A stretch of 64,000 nucleotides of DNA from contig JAFZSQ010000079.1 in NCBI GenBank assembly GCA_017619295.1, positions 13,107 through 77,106 on the forward strand, given 5' to 3'. Of the stretch, positions 19,305 to 27,724 are shown in pieces (the first letter of the stretch is position 1; every line of letters begins with the position of its first letter). Made by a program: the position numbers and the translations under genes. The DNA comes from Lachnospiraceae bacterium. Lineage in GTDB: Bacteria > Bacillota > Clostridia > Lachnospirales > Lachnospiraceae. Below the pieces are notes generated by a model. It worked only from the letters and a program-made list of their open reading frames with translations. It ran no database searches and was not told where the DNA came from.

Positions 19305-21361
19305 TTATGAATACCCATTTACTTGGTTTTATACTGATTCCCATAATAATGGCCTTTGTGGTTTACGCCATCGGACGAAAGAGCAAAGAAATCAGAAATG
19401 TGATGGCTGTTGCCACAACCCTGGCAGTATTCCTTGCAAGCTTCTATTTCTTTGCGGGCTTCTTCTTTGGAAAGATGAGCCCCTTTGAACTCAGGCTTCC
19501 TGATATCTGCGGACTTAAGTTCCATCTTATGATGGATGGCTTCAGGGCTTTGTACATAACAATTGCTTCCTTTATGTGGCTTGTATGTACAGCCTTTGCT
19601 GTGGAATATAACAGAATCTATCACAACAGAAACAGATATTATCTCTTTATTCTCTGGACCCTTGGGGCAACCATGGGCGTGTTCCTATCGGCAGATCTTG
19701 GAACCACCTTTATCTTCTTTGAGATGGCTTCCCTTACAAGCTATGTCTGGGTAGCTCAACAGGAGAGCAAAGAAGCCTTGAGAGCCGCAGAGACTTATCT
19801 GGCAGTAGCCGTTATCGGCGGACTTGTTATGCTGATGGGTCTTCTGATGCTTAATAACATTACAGGAACCCTTGAGATCGATGAACTTCGCGGTGTATGT
19901 GAAGGCCTTATGGGTGATAAGAAACTTCTGGCAGCAGGCATGTGTATCTTTTGGGGCTTTGCAGCCAAGGCCGGAGCTTTCCCTGTTCACATCTGGCTTC
20001 CCAAAGCCCACCCCGTTGCACCTGCACCTGCATCGGCACTCCTTTCCGGAATGCTTACCAAGGTTGGTGTGTTCGGAGTTTTGGTTGTAAGCAGCCAGAT
20101 CTTCTTTGGTGATGCGACCTGGGGCAAGTTCGTACTTATAGTGGGAACCATAACCATGTTCCTTGGAGCGTTCCTTGCGGTACTCTCAACAGATATGAAA
20201 AGAACTCTGGCATGCTCCTCGGTTTCTCAGATTGGATTTATCCTTATCGGAGTTTCAATGCAGTGTCTCCTCGGTGAAGAGAATGCTCTCGCCGTACGAG
20301 GAACCTTGCTTTACATGGTAAACCACTCCCTGTTTAAGCTGGTACTTTTCCTTGTGGCCGGCGTTGTGTTCATGAATCTCCATAAGCTTGATTTCAACAT
20401 AATCAAAGGATTCGGAAGAAATAAGAAGATTCTTAAATACATATATCTTTGTGCCGCACTTGGTATTGCAGGCGTTCCTTTCTTCTCAGGATATGTGAGT
20501 AAGACCCTGGTGCATGAAGCAATGGTTGAGTACATGAATCTTTCACCTGCTTCATACAATCCCGGAATCAAGTTGGTTGAATGGCTTTTCTTAATAAGCG
20601 GCGGCATGACCCTTGCTTATATGACAAAGCTTTACGTTGTAGTATTTGTTGAAAAGAACGCTGATGAAGCGCTGCAGGCAAAGTACGACGGAATGAAGCC
20701 CTACATGAATATGGGCAACAGAATCCTTCTTGCTTTTTCAGCTACCATATTTGTTGTTCTTGGAGTATTGCCGAACTGGCTCTTCGACAGAGTAGCAGAT
20801 ATGGGTCAGTCCTTCATGGGATTAACTGAGTTTGAAGAGACGGTTCACTACTTCTCCTGGGAGAATCTGCAGGGAAGTTTAACATCAATAATCTTTGGAG
20901 TATGTATTTACTTTGGAGTCGTAAGATCGGTACTTAGAAAGAAAGACGGAACCTACATTAATCCCTGGCCCGCTAAGCTTGATTTAGAAGATTCCTTCTA
21001 CAGACCTCTTCTTAAGGTGGTTGCCATTATACTGGAAATCTTCTCCAAGATATTTGATAAGCTTGTGGACTGGACAGTAATTCTTCTCAGAAAGTCCTTA
21101 CTGAAAGAAAGTCCTATTCCTTTTGAGCTGACAGAGGGAAATGCCCTGACCTATAAAGTTGGTTCTTTGCTTGATGGGCTTAAGGCAATGTTTACCGGAG
21201 AAGAAGAAAAGTACGAAGGCTCTTTCAAACACAGACTTGCCATGATGTATGAGAAGGCTGATGAAATGAGCGTCATCGTAACCAGAAGCCTATCCTTTGG
21301 CCTCATCTTCTTCTGTCTTGGACTTGTATTTACAATTGTTTATATGCTGTGGTTCAGATAA
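19301..21361 (+). CDS. MrpA/NuoL-like antiporter-like subunit with long C-terminal extension
   Basis: 686 aa (KAGAFPVHIWLPKAHPVAPAPASALLSG, SSVSQIGF). A C-terminal ~120-aa mostly non-TM segment is followed by a final TM helix. Confidence 0.82.
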   Translation: MIMNTHLLGFILIPIIMAFVVYAIGRKSKEIRNVMAVATTLAVFLASFYFFAGFFFGKMSPFELRLPDICGLKFHLMMDGFRALYITIASFMWLVCTAFAVEYNRIYHNRNRYYLFILWTLGATMGVFLSADLGTTFIFFEMASLTSYVWVAQQESKEALRAAETYLAVAVIGGLVMLMGLLMLNNITGTLEIDELRGVCEGLMGDKKLLAAGMCIFWGFAAKAGAFPVHIWLPKAHPVAPAPASALLSGMLTKVGVFGVLVVSSQIFFGDATWGKFVLIVGTITMFLGAFLAVLSTDMKRTLACSSVSQIGFILIGVSMQCLLGEENALAVRGTLLYMVNHSLFKLVLFLVAGVVFMNLHKLDFNIIKGFGRNKKILKYIYLCAALGIAGVPFFSGYVSKTLVHEAMVEYMNLSPASYNPGIKLVEWLFLISGGMTLAYMTKLYVVVFVEKNADEALQAKYDGMKPYMNMGNRILLAFSATIFVVLGVLPNWLFDRVADMGQSFMGLTEFEETVHYFSWENLQGSLTSIIFGVCIYFGVVRSVLRKKDGTYINPWPAKLDLEDSFYRPLLKVVAIILEIFSKIFDKLVDWTVILLRKSLLKESPIPFELTEGNALTYKVGSLLDGLKAMFTGEEEKYEGSFKHRLAMMYEKADEMSVIVTRSLSFGLIFFCLGLVFTIVYMLWFR

Positions 21362-21374
21362 GAAAAGAATATAA

Positions 21375-21456
21375 AAAAGCCAGGTCATTGATATGTACCC
21401 TCTTTACTGGACATCCAGTAAGGAGGGTACATATCAATGACCTGGCTTTTATTTTT
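21375..21456. terminator. Very long perfect hairpin, probable bidirectional terminator between convergent operons
   Basis: 36 contiguous base pairs (21375-21410 with 21415-21450, one G-U) and a 4-nt loop. An A-run lies 5' and ATTTTT lies 3'. Confidence 0.7.
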
Positions 21457-21510
21457 GGGCAATACTGTAGTAATCTCAATGTCTTTATTTATCCTTGGAA
21501 AACATAAAAG

Positions 21511-22401
21511 TTATTTTGTCAAAGTATCTGTACCAAACATTTCCCGATACGTGAATTCATATTCTACGAGATTGGGATCTGAAGCTCCTGTCAGGTCAAA
21601 CTTTGTAGCAAATAAGACAACTGTATCATTCCTATAAGCAATGTGGTAATGGCCGTCTTCAAGAACCCAGTCAGCGATTTTGAGTGAAGCTTCATCGCCG
21701 TATTTTTCTTTGACTATTTTTTTAAATTCATTATCGCTTCCTTTAAAGAAAGCCTTAAAAGATAATTTTTCGCCGGTAGTAAGATCAAATATAAGTTGAT
21801 TATTATCAAAGAATCTATTTAAACCTCCGATAGCACAGCACGAAGAGATATCTACGGTCAGATATTTGTTATTAATTACGTTAACAGAATCAATGGCATC
21901 ATTATCAAAATAATACGCTCCGATATTATCGCCATGATGGGAGCCGCATTCTAAAGCATAGTTGTCTACAGAATACTCCTGGAGTCCACACAATTCTTTC
22001 TGCATATATTCGTTTATTTTAGATGCACCTTCAGTATAATCTTCAGGAAGTCTGATGATTTCTGTAAAGCATGAGTATACTTCTTTTCCGCATTTCTTAC
22101 ATGTGACGGTATAAGATTCGTTCACAATATCAGCAATCACATCCTTACGGATTTCTTCTTTTCTTTCGACATCGAAATCCGGATTGTTCATCAGATCTTT
22201 GATTGTCACGAAATTCTCATTATCATCGATGGCATTTTCGGCACCATCAGTAGTAGCTTCAGTGGTTGCGGTACTTCCTTCCTCTACGCCCACATAATCG
22301 GCTACCGCTTTGTTTTCTTTAGCACACGCACAGAGCATGAATGCAGCAATAATTGTTGTAAATAATACTTGTTTTCTCACTATCAGATTGTGCTCCATCA
22401 A
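21511..22401 (-). CDS. Lipoprotein, possibly DUF4163/DUF3298 (RsiV/PdaC ectodomain-like)
   Basis: Lipobox LCACA. The C-terminal half (FDLTTGEKLSFKAFFKGSDNEFKKIVKEKY ... VVLFATKFDLTGASDPNLVEYEF) resembles DUF3298. This is memory-based and was not searched. Confidence 0.55.
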   Translation of the reverse strand: MMEHNLIVRKQVLFTTIIAAFMLCACAKENKAVADYVGVEEGSTATTEATTDGAENAIDDNENFVTIKDLMNNPDFDVERKEEIRKDVIADIVNESYTVTCKKCGKEVYSCFTEIIRLPEDYTEGASKINEYMQKELCGLQEYSVDNYALECGSHHGDNIGAYYFDNDAIDSVNVINNKYLTVDISSCCAIGGLNRFFDNNQLIFDLTTGEKLSFKAFFKGSDNEFKKIVKEKYGDEASLKIADWVLEDGHYHIAYRNDTVVLFATKFDLTGASDPNLVEYEFTYREMFGTDTLTK

Positions 22402-22486
22402 TATATAAACTTAATCAGTCATGGTTATGGATTACCCTAAATTAACCCCGATATGTCTTTGATTTCTATCCATTCAGGCTCATCAG

Positions 22487-22927
22487 CTAGTTCAAATTCA
22501 TTTCTATTAAACATGCTATTGCATCTTCAGGATTCTGAGAATAGTGCATAAAAATCATGGCGCCACCCAAATCAACTGTCACCAATGCTTCATATTTGTT
22601 TATTCTAACCGGAATTCCGTTGATGGTTTCTTTTGAAGTCACTCCATCAATCGGAAAAATTCTTTCTCTACAGGCCCATTCATTTTGCAGAGCATCACTC
22701 ATTGATATTCTCTTTCCTGAGAAAGTCCCATATGTGAGGCTCTCACAGTTATAGCTGTAGATGTCACAATAGTCTGTAGTTCCCTGATAGATAAGTCCGG
22801 AATCGTCTACGGCGCCCAAAAATGGTTGATGGTATATTCCGTTTTTATATTGAGAACTACATGCGCAAAGGATTAAACCAGATACACATATTAATAATAA
22901 CAAAAGGGTTAAAAGAGGCTTTCTCAT
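22487..22927 (-). CDS. Small lipoprotein of unknown function
   Basis: The likely start is MRKPLLTLLLLLICVSGLILCAC (lipobox) with GAAAGG upstream. The track's longer start overlaps the upstream gene. Confidence 0.6.
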   Translation of the reverse strand: MRKPLLTLLLLLICVSGLILCACSSQYKNGIYHQPFLGAVDDSGLIYQGTTDYCDIYSYNCESLTYGTFSGKRISMSDALQNEWACRERIFPIDGVTSKETINGIPVRINKYEALVTVDLGGAMIFMHYSQNPEDAIACLIEMNLN

Positions 22928-22949
22928 TCTCGCGACCTTTCTTCGGAAT

Positions 22950-23663
22950 TCATCTTGTATAATCAACTGCTCCGGTATGTTGTGGGCCGGAAGGATTGGG
23001 AGCTTCGTATATATCGTAGTTTCCTTCTGCGAAGAAGGCAGCTTTATCAGCTGTCATACTATCTTCAAAGTCATTTGGAAGATATTCTGTTGGTATCTTT
23101 TTAATATCATCGAGAGCTTTCTTCCAGGATGTGTAAATGTAGACTATGGAATTATTACCCAAATCCATTGCGTACTCGTATGAGTAGGAATGATGATCGA
23201 TAGCTATGTACACCGGGTGTGAGAACCTTCCGCTGTCATCATATATAAGAGAATTAGTGTTTTTGTATCCTTTAAATGATTTGACTGTACTCTCCAGTCT
23301 AGATAATTCTGAGACATAATCGGAGTCGTTGTATTGGCACTTTAAATATACTTCGCAAGTGGGGACATCCCATGTGTCACGATATTCAAAATAAAACTCG
23401 GGTTCACTTCCCGATTCAAATGCACTTTTCGTAATTGATTCCGGAAAAGTAATAAACCCGGTATGAACATGATTTATAGAGTCACCTGAAGTGTACTTAA
23501 GGATGGTTTCCTCGTACTTGTTAACGTCTTCTATTTTCTTTACGGGTCCGCCAAAGAAAAATTTTAAGAGAAAGATATAGATAATGGCCAATACAGTGAT
23601 AATACCTATTATTATCCCGGCAATAATACCTATTGATAATTTAACACCCTTCTTTTGAAGCAT
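22950..23663 (-). CDS. Single-pass membrane protein of unknown function
   Basis: 237 aa with an N-terminal TM helix (IGIIAGIIIGIITVLAIIYIFLL) and an extracytoplasmic remainder. It lies 12 nt after the second anti-sigma gene. Confidence 0.6.
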   Translation of the reverse strand: MLQKKGVKLSIGIIAGIIIGIITVLAIIYIFLLKFFFGGPVKKIEDVNKYEETILKYTSGDSINHVHTGFITFPESITKSAFESGSEPEFYFEYRDTWDVPTCEVYLKCQYNDSDYVSELSRLESTVKSFKGYKNTNSLIYDDSGRFSHPVYIAIDHHSYSYEYAMDLGNNSIVYIYTSWKKALDDIKKIPTEYLPNDFEDSMTADKAAFFAEGNYDIYEAPNPSGPQHTGAVDYTR

Positions 23664-23675
23664 ATTTACTCCCCT

Positions 23676-23990
23676 TTAAAAATTGAAATGAGATCGAACT
23701 TGAACATATATCAGGAAAAGAATAAGTGCCCCGATAGGAATGGAAGCCCCTATTATTATTCCGATGACATAGTGCTTTGCTTTTTTTATTCTGTTTAAGA
23801 AAGCAAATTCTTTTTGACTGCTTTCCATATCATCCTGTTTTAATTGATTTTCCAGCGCATCAAGTTTGGCAGCACATTTTGGACAGTGCTCAAGATGATA
23901 GGTAACAGCTTCATTAACTGATTCAGATAGAAGATTATCCTTGTATGAAGGAAGAAGATCTTCAATTATTTCACAAGGTATAGTATTCAT
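23676..23990 (-). CDS. Minimal zf-HC2 anti-sigma factor, copy 2
   Basis: 104 aa with DLLPSY...HLEHCPKCAAKL and one TM helix. The protein ends about 9 residues after the TM. Confidence 0.7.
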   Translation of the reverse strand: MNTIPCEIIEDLLPSYKDNLLSESVNEAVTYHLEHCPKCAAKLDALENQLKQDDMESSQKEFAFLNRIKKAKHYVIGIIIGASIPIGALILFLIYVQVRSHFNF

Positions 23991-24280
23991 TAAAGAACTC
24001 CATGTACAAATAAGTAAGTTATTATTATCAGTAATATCAAAACAAATACAAAATAGCCTAAGACTAAAAGAATCACCTTACCCACAGGGTTTATGTGAAA
24101 AACCTTCTTTTCTACAGAGGTTTCCATGGGGATATCTGCTGCCATTGCATCAAGCATGGCTTTGCACTTGGGGCAATTCTTAATATGCTCTTCTATAAAT
24201 CTGACGGTTTCTTCCCCGCACTTTTTTTCAAGATATGAAGGAAGTAAGTCCATAGCTAAATCGCAATCAAAGTTACTCAT
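23990..24280 (-). CDS. Minimal zf-HC2 anti-sigma factor, copy 1
   Basis: 96 aa with DLLPSY...HIKNCPKCKAML and one TM helix running to the C-terminus. It overlaps the sigma gene by 8 nt and copy 2 by 1 nt. Confidence 0.7.
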   Translation of the reverse strand: MSNFDCDLAMDLLPSYLEKKCGEETVRFIEEHIKNCPKCKAMLDAMAADIPMETSVEKKVFHINPVGKVILLVLGYFVFVLILLIIITYLFVHGVL

Positions 24281-24764
24281 ATTGGCTCATCTCCTTTACA
24301 ATTTTGGCTTTTCCTCTGAAAAAAGTCACTCTTGCCCAGTTTTCAGTTTTCCCAAGTATGTCACCGATGTCTTTAAAGGATAGTTCGCCCTTTAAGCGAT
24401 ATAGCACTACGTCTCTGGATAAACTGTCCAGTTTATCAATACTTTTATATAACAGGTCGTTCATTTCATCCCTTATATAGATCTCTTCAATAAGTTCACC
24501 TGTTGAAAGATTCATCAACTCATCGATGGGAACCATGGGATGCTTATTCTTTTTATCCAAATATTGCCAGAAGGTATATTTGGCTATCTGACATAACCAC
24601 GTGGAAACTTTTGAATCTCCTCGGAAGGCATTACTGTTTTTGATGGCTCTAAGGAAAACTTCCTGGGTTAAATCCTCGGCCAAATCTCTATTTCCATTTG
24701 TCAGAGTCAGAAGAAAGCCCAGAACCAGCTGGTAATATTCTTCACATATTTTCTTTATATCCAA
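24273..24764 (-). CDS. ECF-type RNA polymerase sigma factor
   Basis: 163 aa. Region 2 (AEDLTQEVFLRAI) and region 4 HTH (LSFKDIGDILGKTENWARVTFFRGK). Confidence 0.85.
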   Translation of the reverse strand: MDIKKICEEYYQLVLGFLLTLTNGNRDLAEDLTQEVFLRAIKNSNAFRGDSKVSTWLCQIAKYTFWQYLDKKNKHPMVPIDELMNLSTGELIEEIYIRDEMNDLLYKSIDKLDSLSRDVVLYRLKGELSFKDIGDILGKTENWARVTFFRGKAKIVKEMSQYE

Positions 24765-24934
24765 GCCTTCTCCCTCTTCCTGTTATTTGTTTTCACTAGA
24801 TTAGTCCATATAATCCGCATTTCGTTACAAGTATAATAACATTTGCGTGGACTGATTGTGCAAAAAATCTCATAGCCAACAAAATGTAATTTCAGTATAA
24901 TAGATGTAGATATTTCATAGGGAGGATTACATTT

Positions 24935-26347
24935 ATGAAACTCAATTATAAGCGCACTTTCCTTATTGGTTTTGCGTTCTTTGGCATTCTGCTTTTATGG
25001 CAGGTGTATGACTCATGGTGTCCCACATTCTTAACAGATATCTTCGCAAGAAGAATGTATGGAATGTCCTCAGCTGAACTTAAGGCCGGAGATGCCAGCA
25101 AGATTCTTAACGTTCAGTGGCTGGTGGGTATCATCATGGCATGTGATAACCTGGCAGCTCTGATTCTTCTGCCTATATTCGGTAACTTATCCGATAAGAC
25201 AAGAACACCTATCGGAAAGAGAATGCCCTATATCCTTACAGGTACATTTGTAGCGGCAGTAGCCTTCCCCTTTGTTCCTTTATTCTTCCATCAGAACAAT
25301 ATCGTGGGAATGATTATCATGATGGCAATTGTCCTCATGTTTATGATGATGTATCGTAACCCTGCGGTTGCTTTGATGCCTGACATCACACCCAAGCCCT
25401 TAAGAGCCAAGGCAAACGGTATCATCAATATCATGGGATATCTTGGCGGCGCCATGGCTACAGTACTTGGTATTTTCCTTAAGCTCTCCGATTACATCAA
25501 CGCAGGAGATGCAGCAAGAAATATCTGGACTATTGAGATTCCCTTTATCATAGCTTCAGTGCTTATGGTTATTTCTGCTTTAGTTCTTTTCGCAACAATC
25601 AAAGAAAACAAGATTGAGGAAGAGATGAAGGATGAGCTTGAAGAAGGCGAGAGACTTGCAGCAATTGAGACTCCTGTAGATGATGACAAGCCCATGTCCA
25701 AGGCAAACAAGACAATGCTTCTGGCAATTCTCGGAGCAGAGTTTTTGTGGTTCATGTCCGATAACGCCATCGGAACATATATCGGTAACTACGTAATCTA
25801 CTACATGAACTCCGTATCAAGTGCAACTATGGTAATGACCATCGTAGGCGGCCTCGCATCGGTTATCGGTTTCGCAACAGCAGGTTATATTGCTGATAAG
25901 ATCGGACGTAAGTGGACAATCTCCACAGGCCTTGCTGTAACTTTCGTGGGACTTATAATCATGTGCTTCGTTGGCCCTACAGGAAATGTTACGGGAGCAA
26001 ACGGAGAGTTCAGCTTCCCTGTAATCCTCTACGTTGTGTGGATTATCAAGGGATATGGAATGGCACTTGTTCATAACTGTTCATTCCCCATGGTTGTTGA
26101 GCTTTGCTCTTCCAAGAAGATTGGTAAGTTCACCGGCTACTATTACACAGCAAGTATGTCGGCTCAGACTGTTACACCTATTCTTTTGGGTCTCGTATTT
26201 ACAAGAACAGGTGCATGGAGAGCACTTCCTGTATATTCAGGATTACTTACATTATTCAGTTGCGTGGTATTTACCGCTTTGGTAAAGAACATTAAAGCAA
26301 AGAAGATTGATAACGCTAAAGGCCTTGAGGCTTTGGATGCAGATTAA
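24935..26347 (+). CDS. MFS transporter (GPH/SLC45-like sugar:cation symporter type)
   Basis: 470 aa, 12 predicted TM segments, with a central charged loop. The subfamily call is tentative. Confidence 0.75.
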   Translation: MKLNYKRTFLIGFAFFGILLLWQVYDSWCPTFLTDIFARRMYGMSSAELKAGDASKILNVQWLVGIIMACDNLAALILLPIFGNLSDKTRTPIGKRMPYILTGTFVAAVAFPFVPLFFHQNNIVGMIIMMAIVLMFMMMYRNPAVALMPDITPKPLRAKANGIINIMGYLGGAMATVLGIFLKLSDYINAGDAARNIWTIEIPFIIASVLMVISALVLFATIKENKIEEEMKDELEEGERLAAIETPVDDDKPMSKANKTMLLAILGAEFLWFMSDNAIGTYIGNYVIYYMNSVSSATMVMTIVGGLASVIGFATAGYIADKIGRKWTISTGLAVTFVGLIIMCFVGPTGNVTGANGEFSFPVILYVVWIIKGYGMALVHNCSFPMVVELCSSKKIGKFTGYYYTASMSAQTVTPILLGLVFTRTGAWRALPVYSGLLTLFSCVVFTALVKNIKAKKIDNAKGLEALDAD

Positions 26348-26363
26348 TAATCAACGAGTACCT

Positions 26364-26396
26364 GGGCTGTCACCTATATCGGTGGCAGCCTTTTTG
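26364..26396 (+). terminator. Rho-independent terminator after the MFS gene
   Basis: GGCTGTCACC-TATATC-GGTGGCAGCC followed by TTTTT. Confidence 0.75.
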
Positions 26397-26411
26397 CTTG
26401 GAATAATATAA

Positions 26412-27242
26412 ATGACATTTCAGGGTCAAATTTGTATAATTGAGAGAGAAACGCTTTTACCAAAAATAAAAAGTGATATGCTGACATCATGGAGGCGAAA
26501 GGTGGCTGAAACAGGAAAAATCCTAATTTTATGTGCCGTGTCCGTGGTGACCTTGGCAATATGTATTCTTCTTCTGTTAAGAAGCTACATGAAGGTCAGA
26601 AACAGAGAAGAGGTTTTGAAGGAAAGCATCGAGAATCTCGGGAAGCTCAACGATAAACTTCGAATGGACAGGCACGATTACCTGAATCACTTACAGGTTG
26701 TATACGGGCTGATGGAACTTGGGGAGTATGAGGAAATGAACTCCTATCTTAAGAAGATTTACAAGGAGATCCTGAAGACCGGTAAAGCAATCAAGACTTC
26801 CAAACCGGCAATCAATGCGTTACTTGCAGCAAAGAACGCTGAAGCGGAATCAAAGGGAATCACTTTTGTAATTGAAGTGAAATCCGATTTAAAGAAACTT
26901 CAAATTGAGGACTGGGAGTTATGCAAGGTCTTATCAAATCTTATAGATAATGCCTTTAAAGCTCTGGAAGAAAGTGACCGGGAAGAAAAGAAGGTCAGAA
27001 TCGATATAAACGAAGATCCGGAAAGGTATTATTTCACAGTTGAAAACAACGGGCCCATGATACCTGAGGAACTTAGGGCATCGATTTTCAAAAGAGGTTT
27101 TACCACCAAGAAAGAGGAAGGACACGGAATGGGACTTTCCATTGTGTCCGAGATTCTTGAGGCCAATAAAGGAAAGATAGATTTGAAATCAAACGAGGAA
27201 GAGACCCAATTCACAGTTTCCCTCGGGAAAGGAGAGGAGTAA
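26412..27242 (+). CDS. Small single-TM sensor histidine kinase (GHKL; AgrC/LytTR-partner-like H-box)
   Basis: One TM helix (ILILCAVSVVTLAICILLLL). H-box RHDYLNHLQVVYGL, N-box NLIDNAFKA, G-boxes ENNG and GHGMGLS. The true start may be internal: GTG 26502 lies 6 nt after GGAGG. Confidence 0.8.
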   Translation: MTFQGQICIIERETLLPKIKSDMLTSWRRKVAETGKILILCAVSVVTLAICILLLLRSYMKVRNREEVLKESIENLGKLNDKLRMDRHDYLNHLQVVYGLMELGEYEEMNSYLKKIYKEILKTGKAIKTSKPAINALLAAKNAEAESKGITFVIEVKSDLKKLQIEDWELCKVLSNLIDNAFKALEESDREEKKVRIDINEDPERYYFTVENNGPMIPEELRASIFKRGFTTKKEEGHGMGLSIVSEILEANKGKIDLKSNEEETQFTVSLGKGEE

Positions 27243-27724
27243 TGGCTGCATTACAGATTCTTGGAATAGTAGTACTTCTGATAGGAATAGTACTTATTGG
27301 AATCGAGTTTTATATGCCGGGATTCGGAGTTCCCGGAATCTGCGGAACAATCTGCGCGGCAGCAGGAGTTTTCCTGACAGGAAAAAATGCTTCGGAGAGA
27401 ATAATCGTCGGAGTAATCGCCATAGTTGTAATCGCAGTGATGCTTGTAATAAGCATAATCATCTTCAACTCAAAGAAGGTGAAATCACCAATCAAACTGG
27501 ATACGGAAGTACAGGGCAAGGACCTTTTCATTGACGGCAAGGACATGGAATACCTTATCGGCAAGAAGGGGGAGGCCGCAACGGATTTAAGACCCTCAGG
27601 TAAAGGAGAGTTTGACGGAGTTAAACTCGACATTCTTTCAGAAGGCGAATATATTAAAAAGGGAGCAACCCTTGAAATAACGGAAATTAAAAATAATAAA
27701 ATCTTTGTGAGGGAGGTAGGATAA
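27242..27724 (+). CDS. NfeD-family membrane protein
   Basis: 160 aa with an N-terminal TM bundle and a C-terminal NfeD OB-like domain ([31 protein letters not shown]). TAATG overlap with the kinase gene. Confidence 0.8.
   Translation: MAALQILGIVVLLIGIVLIGIEFYMPGFGVPGICGTICAAAGVFLTGKNASERIIVGVIAIVVIAVMLVISIIIFNSKKVKSPIKLDTEVQGKDLFIDGKDMEYLIGKKGEAATDLRPSGKGEFDGVKLDILSEGEYIKKGATLEITEIKNNKIFVREVG

Noticed and set aside
21437-21637. 66-aa plus-strand ORF starting inside the long hairpin.
   Set aside because: It begins in the terminator stem and runs antisense into the lipoprotein gene, so I consider it spurious.
24765-24934. An ECF-type autoregulatory promoter upstream of the sigma gene. A TGTAAC -35-like hexamer is present on the minus strand.
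   Set aside because: No CGT-type -10 element occurs at the expected 16-17-nt spacing. The evidence is too weak to annotate.
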